NCBI GenBank assembly: GCA_028715415.1 | Contig: JAQURX010000004.1 | Coordinates: 20,933-84,932, forward strand | Source: Candidatus Omnitrophota bacterium | GTDB taxonomy: Bacteria; Omnitrophota; Gorgyraeia; Gygaellales; Profunditerraquicolaceae | Direction: 5' to 3' | DNA length: 64,000 nt | Part shown: one piece after another, positions 9,048 to 18,696 of the stretch | How positions within the stretch are numbered: the first letter of the stretch is position 1 | Layout of the letters: each line of letters starts with the position of its first letter | Notes under the pieces: generated by a model | What the model saw: only the letters and a program-made list of their open reading frames with translations | The model's database searches: none | Told to the model about the DNA's origin: nothing | Position numbers and translations under genes: made by a program

Positions 9048-10022
9048 CTAATTTAGTTCTGCGTTTAAATATAAACCAGATTTATGCCCTTTTTTATATA
9101 AACGATAGCCAAAACCGGCAACCATAGCCGCATTATCCATACAAAGCAATTTAGGAGGGAAAAAACATTTAACGCCCTGTGCCTTCGCCGACTCAAAGAA
9201 TTTATTTCTAAGACGGTTATTCGCAGCAACGCCACCTCCAATAACCAGCGTTTTTATTTTTTTAACCTTACAGGCTAAAAAAGCTTTGCTTATCAATGAA
9301 TCAATAACAGTTTCCTGAAAAGACGCGGCAATATCTAATTCTTGATCTTTATGTTTCTGATAATAATACAATACCGCGGTTTTGATCCCGCTAAAACTAA
9401 AATTTAAAGGCTTTTTAGTCCCTGAACAACGGAATTTAATATTCTTTGGGTTTCCCTTTTGCGCAATTTTTTCAATAATCGGCCCCCCGGGATAGCCTAA
9501 ACCCAAAATCTTTGCTACTTTATCAAAAGCCTCTCCACAGGCATCATCCTGAGTTTCTCCTAGAATCTCAATTTTATCAAAATCTTTTACATAAAATAAG
9601 CTGGTATGCCCTCCGGAGACAACCAAAGCAATAAATGGAAGCTTAATATTTTCCCCATTTAAAAAGTTAGCATAGATATGGCTATGCACATGGTTAACCC
9701 CAAGCAAAGGCCTCCCAAGGCTCATACTAACTGACTTTGCAAAGGTTATCCCTATTAAAAGCGAACCTAAAAGCCCTGGAGTATTTGTTACGCTTATTAA
9801 ATCAATATCCTTTAAGCTAACCCCGGACTCCTCTATTGCGCAATTGGCGACTTTAGCAATTGTTTCCAGTTGCGCCCTAAAAGCAATCTCAGGAACAATG
9901 CCCCCGTATTTCTTATGCTCTTTTAAACTAGAATATACTATATTAGATAAAATCTTTCTGCCTTCCGAAACAACAGAAACAGAAGTTTCATCGCACGAAG
10001 ACTCAATACCTAAAGTATACAT
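9048..10022 (-). CDS. tsaD: tRNA N6-adenosine threonylcarbamoyltransferase TsaD (Kae1/Gcp)
   Basis: MYTLGIESSCDETSVSVV... plus the HxxxH region (HVHSHIYA). 324 aa. Confidence 0.9.
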   Translation of the reverse strand: MYTLGIESSCDETSVSVVSEGRKILSNIVYSSLKEHKKYGGIVPEIAFRAQLETIAKVANCAIEESGVSLKDIDLISVTNTPGLLGSLLIGITFAKSVSMSLGRPLLGVNHVHSHIYANFLNGENIKLPFIALVVSGGHTSLFYVKDFDKIEILGETQDDACGEAFDKVAKILGLGYPGGPIIEKIAQKGNPKNIKFRCSGTKKPLNFSFSGIKTAVLYYYQKHKDQELDIAASFQETVIDSLISKAFLACKVKKIKTLVIGGGVAANNRLRNKFFESAKAQGVKCFFPPKLLCMDNAAMVAGFGYRLYKKGHKSGLYLNAELN

Positions 10023-10025
10023 TTA

Positions 10026-10823
10026 TTAATTCCTTTTTAAATCCGAAACAAAAACAAATTTAAATCCTTCTTTTGCCATCTCAGGCATCGAAGCCTTTAA
10101 AACTTCCAAAGTAACCTTACGGTCATGGCCGATACCGATTGCTTTTCCTTGCGCCATAGCCTTGATTTTAAGTTTATAAAGCTGCTTTTTTATATATTCG
10201 GCTTCTTCAATATTATCCAAAAAGATATCCCTCTTAGCAAAGCTCAAACCAATTTTTTTAGCCATTGCAGGGCAAACTGATTTTCCTGTAACATAGCTAT
10301 CCAAAAAATACAAATGCCTTTTCTTTAAATCGCTCATGACAATTTCCGTTGTTTTTGCATCCTCTGTAGCTAATGAACCCATATGATTAGAAACACCTTT
10401 TGCATAACCTATGCTTGCTAAATCCTTATCTAGCACATCCAAGATTTTTTCTTTTGAAGAATTAACCATTATAGTATTTTTCTCAAGCCTAACCTTTTCA
10501 TGCGGCTGCATAGGAAGATGCAAAATAACCTCAAAACCACAGCTGTTTAATTCTTCGGCTATTTGTTTTGTAAAAGCAAGATTAGGCAAAACTGCGCCTG
10601 TAATAGGATATTTAAATTCTTTCAAAATATGAGCATTATTTAAATTATAACCCCAATCATCAATTACAATCGCAATTTTACCTTTAAAAACAACCGGTTT
10701 TACTTCTTTAGGCTTAGCAATCTCCTTGGGCTTTTGCCTACTGGTCAACAAAGAAATACCCAGCATAAAAATAATACCAATCAAGACTACAATTGTAATT
10801 TTGTATTTTTTATCTTTTTCCAT
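10026..10823 (-). CDS. Divergent polysaccharide deacetylase family protein (YibQ-like), N-terminal TM anchor
   Basis: KIAIVIDDWGYN motif and the size typical of the YibQ/DUF610 family. Confidence 0.6.
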   Translation of the reverse strand: MEKDKKYKITIVVLIGIIFMLGISLLTSRQKPKEIAKPKEVKPVVFKGKIAIVIDDWGYNLNNAHILKEFKYPITGAVLPNLAFTKQIAEELNSCGFEVILHLPMQPHEKVRLEKNTIMVNSSKEKILDVLDKDLASIGYAKGVSNHMGSLATEDAKTTEIVMSDLKKRHLYFLDSYVTGKSVCPAMAKKIGLSFAKRDIFLDNIEEAEYIKKQLYKLKIKAMAQGKAIGIGHDRKVTLEVLKASMPEMAKEGFKFVFVSDLKRN

Positions 10824-10829
10824 AAAAAC

Positions 10830-12125
10830 CTACTGCTTCTTATTATTTTCTTTATATAACTTAAGTGCTTTTAAAATATCAACCGCGCGCATAAGCTGAT
10901 TATCCAAATGATAATCGTAACCAGAGATATTTTTATCCTTGCCTTCCTTCTCTTTTTCTTTCTTTTCAATTTCCTCAAAAACATCCTGAGGCTTTACCAA
11001 TTTTTCATCTTTATCATCGGCAAGTTCAATTTTGCCAGCCTCAACAATAATATCAGGGACAACTCCTTTTCCATGGATAATCTTACCTGAAGGAGTAAAA
11101 TATTTGCTTGTCGTAAGCCTTAAAGCCGAACCATCGCCCAAGGGGACAACTGTTTGGACAGAACCTTTTCCGAAAGATGTCTTTCCGACAATAATCGCAC
11201 GCTTATAATCCTGAAGGCAACCGGCAACAATTTCACTTCCTGAAGCAGAGCCTTCATTAATCAATACAATCATAGGGATTCCTGTTATTGGCTTTGCAAC
11301 CCTTGAATAGAATTTCATATCCTGATCAGGTTTGCGCCCTTTTGTATATACAATCAACTTCCCTTTTTCAACAAACTCACCGGAAACATTAACCGCAACA
11401 TCCAGAAGCCCTCCGGGATTGTTGCGCAGATCAAGGATTAATGCATTCATTCCTTCTTTAGATAATTTTTCTAAAGCTGCCTTGATATCCCTTGCGGTGT
11501 TCTCTCTAAACTCAATTAAGCGGATATATCCAATCCCGTCTTCAAGAATCTTAGCCTCTTTTATATCCCTAATCTTAATTACATCCCGCACAATCCTGAT
11601 TTCTAAAAGCTTCTTCTCCGATTCTCTTAAAATTGTCAAGACGACTGCTTCCCCCGGCTTTCCGCGCATTTTTTTTACTGCTTCAGTTAAAGTAAGGTCC
11701 CGGGTCAAATCCTTATTAATCTTAACAATCCTATCTCCTGCTTTAATGCCAGCTTTCCAGGCAGGAGTATCTTCAATGGGGGTAACGACTGTCAGTAAGC
11801 CGTCTTTAATTGTTATTTCAATCCCCAACCCTCCAAACTTTCCTTCTGTATCAACTTTTAATTCATTATAAGTATCCGGATCCATAAACTGGCTATGCGC
11901 ATCCAAAGAAGCAAGCATTCCCTTTAAAGCGCCGTATATAAGGTCTTTTGGTTTTGTTTCATCAACATAATCGGATTGTATAAGCGCTAACGAATCGGCA
12001 AATAATTCAACCTGACGGTATAATTCATCTTTTTTCTTTTTCTCAGTAGCTGACAAAGCAAAGGAATAAAAAGAAAAAGACAAAACTAAAATCAAAGCAA
12101 TAAAACAAAAAAGTTTCTTACGCAT
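10830..12125 (-). CDS. ctpA: Carboxyl-terminal processing protease (S41 family, PDZ domain)
   Basis: Signal peptide, PDZ region, and the S41 catalytic block LINEGSASGSEIVAGCLQD ... KTSFGKGSVQ. Confidence 0.8.
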   Translation of the reverse strand: MRKKLFCFIALILVLSFSFYSFALSATEKKKKDELYRQVELFADSLALIQSDYVDETKPKDLIYGALKGMLASLDAHSQFMDPDTYNELKVDTEGKFGGLGIEITIKDGLLTVVTPIEDTPAWKAGIKAGDRIVKINKDLTRDLTLTEAVKKMRGKPGEAVVLTILRESEKKLLEIRIVRDVIKIRDIKEAKILEDGIGYIRLIEFRENTARDIKAALEKLSKEGMNALILDLRNNPGGLLDVAVNVSGEFVEKGKLIVYTKGRKPDQDMKFYSRVAKPITGIPMIVLINEGSASGSEIVAGCLQDYKRAIIVGKTSFGKGSVQTVVPLGDGSALRLTTSKYFTPSGKIIHGKGVVPDIIVEAGKIELADDKDEKLVKPQDVFEEIEKKEKEKEGKDKNISGYDYHLDNQLMRAVDILKALKLYKENNKKQ

Positions 12126-13557
12126 TATCCATCCTCCGTTTTAACATATCAGGCACGACTTTAGGATTGGCTTTCCCTTTTGTTTTCTTCATTACTTGGC
12201 CTACCAGAAACATCAAAGCATTAGCCTTACCTTGCTTAAAATCATCCACCGATTTCTTGTTTTCTCTGATAACCTCATCAATAGTGCTTTCAAGGCTGCC
12301 CATATCAGAAATCTGAAATAAATTTTTGTCCTGAATAATTTTTGAGGATGGCGTTCCCGAAGAAATTGATTCGCTGAAAACCGCCTTTGCGGTAAGGTTT
12401 GAAATCTTGCCTTCCTCAACAAACTTAATTAAATTAATAAACTCTTCATCCCCTCCGGGGATATTAAGATCTTCCGGGTTGCAATTCAAATTATTCGCCT
12501 CCTGAAACAAAGGCCCGGTTGACCAATTTACTACTATCTTCTTATCCTTACCCGGATATAAATTCATACGTTTTTCTGTTATATCGGCAAATTTTTTAAA
12601 AGCGGTTACTACCTTCGCATCATATTCAGATAAACCGTATTCTTTTATAAAACGCGCGCTTTTCTCTTTCGGTAGTTCAGGTATAGTTTTCCGGATAGCT
12701 TCTACTAAATCACTCTCAATAACAAAAGCAGTTAAATCCGGCTCGGGAAAATAACGGTAGTCTTTTGCTTCTTCTTTAGTGCGCATTGGAACTGTGCATA
12801 AAGACTTAGTATCCCAAGCCATAGTCTGCTGAATAATCTTTTCACCATTTTCTAAGGCTTCAATCTGCCGCTTTATCTCATAATCAAGAGCGTCTCGCAC
12901 CCCCTTAAAGGAGTTCATGTTTTTTAATTCTGTCTTTGTCCCTAATTTTGTTTCACCCTTTTTTCTAACTGAAACATTAGCATCGCAACGCAATGAGCCT
13001 TTCTCCATATCGCAGTCGGAAACTTCCAGATATTCAAGAATGCTTTTTAGCAAGCTTAAATATTCATATGCTTCCTGCGGAGAATGGATATCGGGTTCGC
13101 TAACTATTTCTAAAAGAGGAATTCCAGTGCGATTGAAATCAACCAAACTCACATTGTCTTTATGAATCAATTTCCCAGCATCTTCCTCCAGATGAGCGCG
13201 GGTTATCCCGATACGCACAGGCTTTCCCTCAACATCTATATCCAAAAAGCCACCGCTTGAAATCGGCTGGTCATACTGAGAAATCTGATAGTCCTTCGGC
13301 AGGTCAGGATAAAAATAATTCTTTCTGTCAAACTTTGTATGTTTCTGAATCTTGCAATTTAATGCTAAGCCAACCTTAATCGCAAATTCAAAAGCTTTTT
13401 TGTTTAAAACCGGAAGTGTCCCCGGAAACCCGAGGCAAATTGGGCAAACCTGCGTATTAGGTTTTGCTCCAAATTCCGTTGAGCAGCCGCAAAAAGCTTT
13501 CGTCTGAGTTTTTAAGTGAGTGTGAACTTCTAAACCAATAACCGGTTCATATTCCAT
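12118..13557 (-). CDS. gatB: Asp-tRNA(Asn)/Glu-tRNA(Gln) amidotransferase subunit B
   Basis: MEYEPVIGLEVHTHLKTQTKAFCGC... is the canonical GatB N-terminus. 479 aa. Confidence 0.95.
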   Translation of the reverse strand: MEYEPVIGLEVHTHLKTQTKAFCGCSTEFGAKPNTQVCPICLGFPGTLPVLNKKAFEFAIKVGLALNCKIQKHTKFDRKNYFYPDLPKDYQISQYDQPISSGGFLDIDVEGKPVRIGITRAHLEEDAGKLIHKDNVSLVDFNRTGIPLLEIVSEPDIHSPQEAYEYLSLLKSILEYLEVSDCDMEKGSLRCDANVSVRKKGETKLGTKTELKNMNSFKGVRDALDYEIKRQIEALENGEKIIQQTMAWDTKSLCTVPMRTKEEAKDYRYFPEPDLTAFVIESDLVEAIRKTIPELPKEKSARFIKEYGLSEYDAKVVTAFKKFADITEKRMNLYPGKDKKIVVNWSTGPLFQEANNLNCNPEDLNIPGGDEEFINLIKFVEEGKISNLTAKAVFSESISSGTPSSKIIQDKNLFQISDMGSLESTIDEVIRENKKSVDDFKQGKANALMFLVGQVMKKTKGKANPKVVPDMLKRRMDNA

Positions 13558-13559
13558 TA

Positions 13560-15005
13560 TTATAAATTTAACTTTGGCTTCTGTTTATACCACGAAGCAC
13601 TTTGTTCATAATTAAAACCTACCCTGAGAAGCATCTCTTCATCAAAAGCCTTTCCTAGAATTTGCAGGCCAACCGGAAGATTATTCTTGGTAAAACCGCA
13701 AGGAACTGAAATTGCAGGAATCCCTGCAAGATTAGCCGAAATAGTATATATATCCGAAAGGTACATCTTAAGAGGGTCTTCCATTTTTTCTCCGATTTTA
13801 AAAGCTTCTGTCGGGGAAGTAGGAGTAATAATACAATCGAACTCCTTGAAAACAGCGTCAAAATCCTGCTTAATCAGGTTGCGCACTTTTAAAGCGCGCA
13901 AATAATAAGCATCATAGTAACCATGGGAAAGAGCAAAAGTCCCCAATATAATCCTTCTTTTAGCCTCCTGGCCAAAACCAATGCCGCGAGTCTTCATATA
14001 CATCTCAATTAAAGATTCTGTCTTCTCGCGAAAGCCATACTGCACACCATCAAACCTCGCTAAGTTTGAACTTGCTTCAGCTGTAGCAACAATATAGTAA
14101 ACCGCAACTGCGTATTCTGTATGCGGAAGGCTTACCTCTTTAAACTGCGCTCCTTTTGCTTTTAAAGAATTAATTGCCTCATCCAAAACACTCTTTACAC
14201 TTGGGTCAAGCCCTTCAATAAAGTATTCCTTAGGAAGAGCTATCTTCAAACCTTTGATATCTTTTCCTAAAGATTTGGTATAATCAGGCACATCAATATT
14301 AGCTGATGTAGAATCAAACGGATCATGCCCGGAAATCACATTCATCAGTAAAGCAGAATCTTGAACGTCCTTAGTTAAAGGGCCAATCTGGTCAAGGCTG
14401 GAAGCAAAAGCAATTAAGCCATACCGGGAAACTCTTCCGTAAGTCGGCTTAAGGCCGACGACCCCGCAAAAAGAAGCCGGCTGACGGATAGAACCACCTG
14501 TATCAGAACCTAAAGCCATGATTGCTTCATCCGCAGCCACAGCTGCAGCAGATCCTCCTGAAGAACCTCCCGGGACACAACCTAGATTCCAAGGATTACT
14601 AGTCGGCCCAAAATGGGAATTTTCAGTAGAGGAGCCGAAAGCAAACTCATCCATATTCGTTTTGGCAGGCAAGATTACCGCACCGGCGCCTTTTAGCTTA
14701 TTAATTACCGTTGCGTCATATGGAGGCTTAAAAGACTCTAAAATTTTTGAACAGCATTCGGTATTGAAACCTTCGGTACAAATATTATCTTTAATTGAAA
14801 CAGGTATGCCTTTAAGGCACCCTTCGCCTGATGATTTAGGAGGATTAGAATCCAAAACACCGCTATCTAACCTTACATAAGCATGGACTTTTTCATCCGA
14901 TTCTTTAATCCTGTCTGTTAACGAACGCAGGATTTCCCCGGAAGTTAGTTGATTATTAGATAATTTATCTCGTAGCTCGTGAGCAGTTAGTTTAAAATAT
15001 TCCAT
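13560..15005 (-). CDS. gatA: Glu-tRNA(Gln) amidotransferase subunit A (amidase signature)
   Basis: Amidase signature [13 protein letters not shown]. 481 aa. Lies between gatC and gatB. Confidence 0.9.
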   Translation of the reverse strand: MEYFKLTAHELRDKLSNNQLTSGEILRSLTDRIKESDEKVHAYVRLDSGVLDSNPPKSSGEGCLKGIPVSIKDNICTEGFNTECCSKILESFKPPYDATVINKLKGAGAVILPAKTNMDEFAFGSSTENSHFGPTSNPWNLGCVPGGSSGGSAAAVAADEAIMALGSDTGGSIRQPASFCGVVGLKPTYGRVSRYGLIAFASSLDQIGPLTKDVQDSALLMNVISGHDPFDSTSANIDVPDYTKSLGKDIKGLKIALPKEYFIEGLDPSVKSVLDEAINSLKAKGAQFKEVSLPHTEYAVAVYYIVATAEASSNLARFDGVQYGFREKTESLIEMYMKTRGIGFGQEAKRRIILGTFALSHGYYDAYYLRALKVRNLIKQDFDAVFKEFDCIITPTSPTEAFKIGEKMEDPLKMYLSDIYTISANLAGIPAISVPCGFTKNNLPVGLQILGKAFDEEMLLRVGFNYEQSASWYKQKPKLNL

Positions 15006-15016
15006 TTTAATAGAAA

Positions 15017-15304
15017 TTATTCAATTACTTTCGGCACAATAAAGAAATTACCATCTTTAGATGGTGCGTTCATCAAAGCCTTTTCGCTTGGGATAGATTC
15101 ACGAAGAAGATCTTCTCTTAACACATTGGTAATTGGCAAGATATGGCTCATCGGGCTGACTGATTCGGTATCCAGCTTACTAAGCTGATCAATGAAATTT
15201 AAAATGCCCTGCAACTGGCTTGATAGCTTCTCAAGCTCATTTTGCGTAAGCTCTAAACGCGCCAAATGTGCAACTTTTTCTACTGTTTCTTTTGTTATTG
15301 ACAT
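15017..15304 (-). CDS. gatC: Glu-tRNA(Gln) amidotransferase subunit C
   Basis: 95 aa. First gene of the gatCAB order. The N-terminus reads [16 protein letters not shown]. Confidence 0.8.
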   Translation of the reverse strand: MSITKETVEKVAHLARLELTQNELEKLSSQLQGILNFIDQLSKLDTESVSPMSHILPITNVLREDLLRESIPSEKALMNAPSKDGNFFIVPKVIE

Positions 15305-15434
15305 AGACGTATTTTCCTCAAATTTAAGGTTTTATAATAACAAACTTTGCCTAAAAAGTCAACCAGATAAGATTTTTATAGACAAAATCCGTAAAGCATG
15401 TAAAATATTCTAACTAAGCAAGGAATTCAAAAAC

Positions 15435-18400
15435 ATGCATAAAAGCATTAAAAACAAACAACCAAATTACAAATTAACTAAAAACGGCGAATTTATTATT
15501 GATAACTACAACCACGCAAAGCCGTTTGCTAATTTCTTCCCCGGGATTGCCGGAAAATATGGCATACCGATGTGGGCTTTTTATGTAAACCGCGGGCAAG
15601 GAATCTGTAGCTTTGGGACTAAAGACAAAGACCATGCAATTTTAGAGTTCTTTCCAGCAAACAAAGCCTGGGCTACTACTTCAATCTTAGGTTTCCGGAC
15701 ATTTATAAAAATCCTACGAGGCAACAATACGCTATTTTACGAGCCATTCCATAATGGAGCAACAAACTTAAATTTTGACCTCTCCAATAGAATGATCATT
15801 ACTTCTCAAGGCATGTCCTTAGAAGAAACTAACCAAACCTTGGGATTAAAGGTTAAGGTAGAATTTTTTACTATACCAAATGATTCCTACGCTGGCCTAG
15901 GCAGAATAATATCAATTCAGAACCTAAAGAAAACCCCAATTAATATGCAGATTCTAGACGGCCTACCGCAGATACAGCCGTTTGGAATGAATAGCTGGCT
16001 TGTCAAAGAAATGAGCCGTACTATAGAAGCATGGATGAATGTAGAAAATTTAGAAAACAAGGCTCCTTTTTTTAGGCTTGCGGTTGACCCACAAGACAGG
16101 CCGGAAGTAATTCACATAAAAGAAGGAAATTTTTATTTAGGCTACTATCATGATGGCAAAAATACCAAAATCATAAAACCTATAGTTAATCCATATCATA
16201 TCTTTGGTGAAATTACCGACTTCTCTTTCCCAAAAGAATTCTTAAAAACAAAGAAATTTGGCTATCCAAAGAATGAATTTGCAAATGGGATAACCCCCTG
16301 TGCATTCTCTCTATTTGATATTAACCTATCCTCAAACAAAACAATTGTGTTTAACTCAATAGCTGGTTACATGCGTAGCGTGGAAGCTTTAAACAAATCA
16401 ATAGATAGGTTATCTACCCTTGAATACCTGACAAACAAAAAAGAAGAAAACAGAAACATAATTAATGAGCTAAAGAATGACATCATAACCAACTCAGACT
16501 CAAATGAATTCAATCATTACGTTACGCAAACTTACCTTGATAATATTATGCGCGGAGGATATCCTTTAGTCTTTGAATCTAAAAATCAGAAATCGGTCTT
16601 CTATCTTTACTCCCGCAAGCATGGAGACTTAGAAAGGGATTACAATAGGTTCCAACTGCAACCAACGTATTTTTCTCAAGGAAATGGTAATTATCGTGAC
16701 GTAAACCAAAATAGGCGCATGGACGTATGGTTCAATCCTGAAGTTAAAGATGAAATTTTAATTAACCTAATTAATCTTCTGCAAACTGACGGGTTCAATC
16801 CCTTAGTAGTAAAAGGGCTGAATTTTGTATTAACCAACCCTGAAACTTTAAAATCAAAATTATCTAGGATTATTTCTGAAACTACCAAGATAGACTCTTT
16901 AATCTCTTTTCTAAAAAAGCCTTTTTCTCCCGGAGACGTTATACTTTTCTTAGAAGACCATTCAATCAAGATTGCTTCTTCTTATGATGAGTTGTTAAAC
17001 ACTATTATATCCTCCTCATCCAAAATCAATGAAGCTGAGCATGGCGAAGGTTTTTGGACTGACCACTGGACATACAACTTGGATCTTATAGAGAATTATT
17101 TGAAAGTCTACCCGGAAGATTTATGTAATATTATTTTTGACAAGCGTGTTTTTACCTTCTTTGATAACACTGAAACAGTCAAGCACCGCTCTGAAAAATA
17201 TGTCCTTTACAATGGGCTTCCAAGGCAATTACATTCAGTGGGGCTTGATATTGCAAAAAAAGATTTGATTAAAAAACGCTCCACACTTGCCCATGTAGTA
17301 AGAAGCAATTTCGGGGAAGGAGAAATTTACGAAACGACGCTTATCAATAAACTACTGTGCTTAGCAGTAAACAAACTCTCTTCAATAGATCCTTTTGGGA
17401 TAGGCATTGAAATGGAAGCCAATAAACCAAACTGGTATGACTCTTTAAATGGCCTTCCTGCCCTCTTTGGATCTTCCAGCTGCGAAACTTTTGAATTAAA
17501 GAGGCTTTGTGAATTCTTAAAAGAAGCCCTTGCTAAAACAAACCACAAGAAGATTACTATCACTGAAGAGATTTATCATTTCTTAAACTCGCTAAATAAA
17601 TTACTTGAAGACTATCTAACAAGCAATGGGACAGACAAAGACCTTATCTATTGGGATAAAAGCAATACTTTAAAAGAAAGCTACAGAGATAGCACTAAAC
17701 TGGGGCTTAGCGGGGCTGAATTAGACATTAGCTCTGATGAATTACTCCGCTTTCTTAACAATTCAATCACTAAACTTAATTCGGGCCTTAAAAAAGCGTT
17801 TGATAAAAGTGAGCAGATGTATTACTCGTATTTTATCAATGAGGTTACTGAGTTTGATACAATAAAAGATAACTCTATAAAGCCTAAGAAATTTAAACAA
17901 ATTAAATTGCCTTTCTTTTTAGAATCCCAAGTCCATGCATTAAGGACTTTGGACGACAAAACTTCAATAACAAACCTATCAAAAGCCGTATCCAAAGGAA
18001 GCCTTTTTGATAAGAAATTGAAGCATTATAAAGTTAACAGCCCTTTAAAAGAAATGCCTGAAGAAATTGGAAGAACAAGGATATTTACACCCGGCTGGCT
18101 TGAAAATGAATCTATATGGATGCACATGGAATATAAATATCTTCTCGAGCTGTTAAAAAAAGGACTGTTCGAAGATTTTTACCGGGATTTCAAGAATGTA
18201 CTAATCCCCTTCCAATCCCCTAAAAGATACGGCAGGAGCATTTTAGAGAATTCCTCATTTATTGTTAGCAGCGCTTATCCAGACAAAAACTTACATGGTA
18301 ACGGTTTTGTTGCCAGGCTTTCAGGCTCAACTGCAGAATTTCTTCAGATATGGCTCATCATGAATACGGGGTTAAATCCCTTCTTTCTTAATGAAAAAGG

Positions 18401-18677
18401 TGAGCTAAATTTACGATTTTCTCCGATACTAGCCGGATGGTTATTTGACAAGAAAAATAGGACATATACTTTTAATTTTTTAAGTAAAGTTAAAGTTTGC
18501 TACCATAACTTAAAAAAGAAGGACACATTTGGGATTAATGCAGCAAAGATTAAAAAGATTATCTTTATTGATCAGAAAGAAACCTTGGTAGAATTGAATA
18601 CTAATGTTATTCCCGCCCCCTATGCCAATCAAATAAGAAAGCGCCAAATCCAGAAAATAGATATTTATTTAGATTAA
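15435..18677 (+). CDS. Large (1080 aa) cytoplasmic protein, probably a GH94-like (alpha/alpha)6 glycoside phosphorylase/hydrolase superfamily member. It is the only plus-strand gene in the window.
   Basis: AAGGAA RBS 9 nt upstream of the ATG. The N-terminal KPFANFFPGIAGKYGIPMWAFYVNRGQGICSFG resembles the conserved N-terminal block of cellobiose/chitobiose phosphorylases (..PW.N.L.N....GYSF). The central NGNYRDVNQNRR and GEGFWTDHWTYNLDL segments resemble six-hairpin glycosidase motifs. No signal peptide. Confidence 0.35.
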   Translation: MHKSIKNKQPNYKLTKNGEFIIDNYNHAKPFANFFPGIAGKYGIPMWAFYVNRGQGICSFGTKDKDHAILEFFPANKAWATTSILGFRTFIKILRGNNTLFYEPFHNGATNLNFDLSNRMIITSQGMSLEETNQTLGLKVKVEFFTIPNDSYAGLGRIISIQNLKKTPINMQILDGLPQIQPFGMNSWLVKEMSRTIEAWMNVENLENKAPFFRLAVDPQDRPEVIHIKEGNFYLGYYHDGKNTKIIKPIVNPYHIFGEITDFSFPKEFLKTKKFGYPKNEFANGITPCAFSLFDINLSSNKTIVFNSIAGYMRSVEALNKSIDRLSTLEYLTNKKEENRNIINELKNDIITNSDSNEFNHYVTQTYLDNIMRGGYPLVFESKNQKSVFYLYSRKHGDLERDYNRFQLQPTYFSQGNGNYRDVNQNRRMDVWFNPEVKDEILINLINLLQTDGFNPLVVKGLNFVLTNPETLKSKLSRIISETTKIDSLISFLKKPFSPGDVILFLEDHSIKIASSYDELLNTIISSSSKINEAEHGEGFWTDHWTYNLDLIENYLKVYPEDLCNIIFDKRVFTFFDNTETVKHRSEKYVLYNGLPRQLHSVGLDIAKKDLIKKRSTLAHVVRSNFGEGEIYETTLINKLLCLAVNKLSSIDPFGIGIEMEANKPNWYDSLNGLPALFGSSSCETFELKRLCEFLKEALAKTNHKKITITEEIYHFLNSLNKLLEDYLTSNGTDKDLIYWDKSNTLKESYRDSTKLGLSGAELDISSDELLRFLNNSITKLNSGLKKAFDKSEQMYYSYFINEVTEFDTIKDNSIKPKKFKQIKLPFFLESQVHALRTLDDKTSITNLSKAVSKGSLFDKKLKHYKVNSPLKEMPEEIGRTRIFTPGWLENESIWMHMEYKYLLELLKKGLFEDFYRDFKNVLIPFQSPKRYGRSILENSSFIVSSAYPDKNLHGNGFVARLSGSTAEFLQIWLIMNTGLNPFFLNEKGELNLRFSPILAGWLFDKKNRTYTFNFLSKVKVCYHNLKKKDTFGINAAKIKKIIFIDQKETLVELNTNVIPAPYANQIRKRQIQKIDIYLD

Positions 18678-18696
18678 AATCAAAAAAAACGAAGGA

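Noticed and set aside
11332-11871. 179-aa plus-strand ORF antisense to ctpA, and similar antisense ORFs at 36899..37384, 38926..39327, 46296..46925, 58254..58736, 27515..27952 and 28184..28621
   Set aside because: They lie entirely inside well-supported minus-strand genes. They have the Ser/Ile/Leu/Phe-rich, low-complexity composition typical of antisense frames in AT-rich DNA, with no RBS or homology signal. Spurious ORFs.
18678-18696. Looked for a bidirectional terminator between the convergent GH94-like and outer-membrane protein genes
   Set aside because: Only 19 bp separate the stop codons and no stable hairpin is visible; no feature is called.
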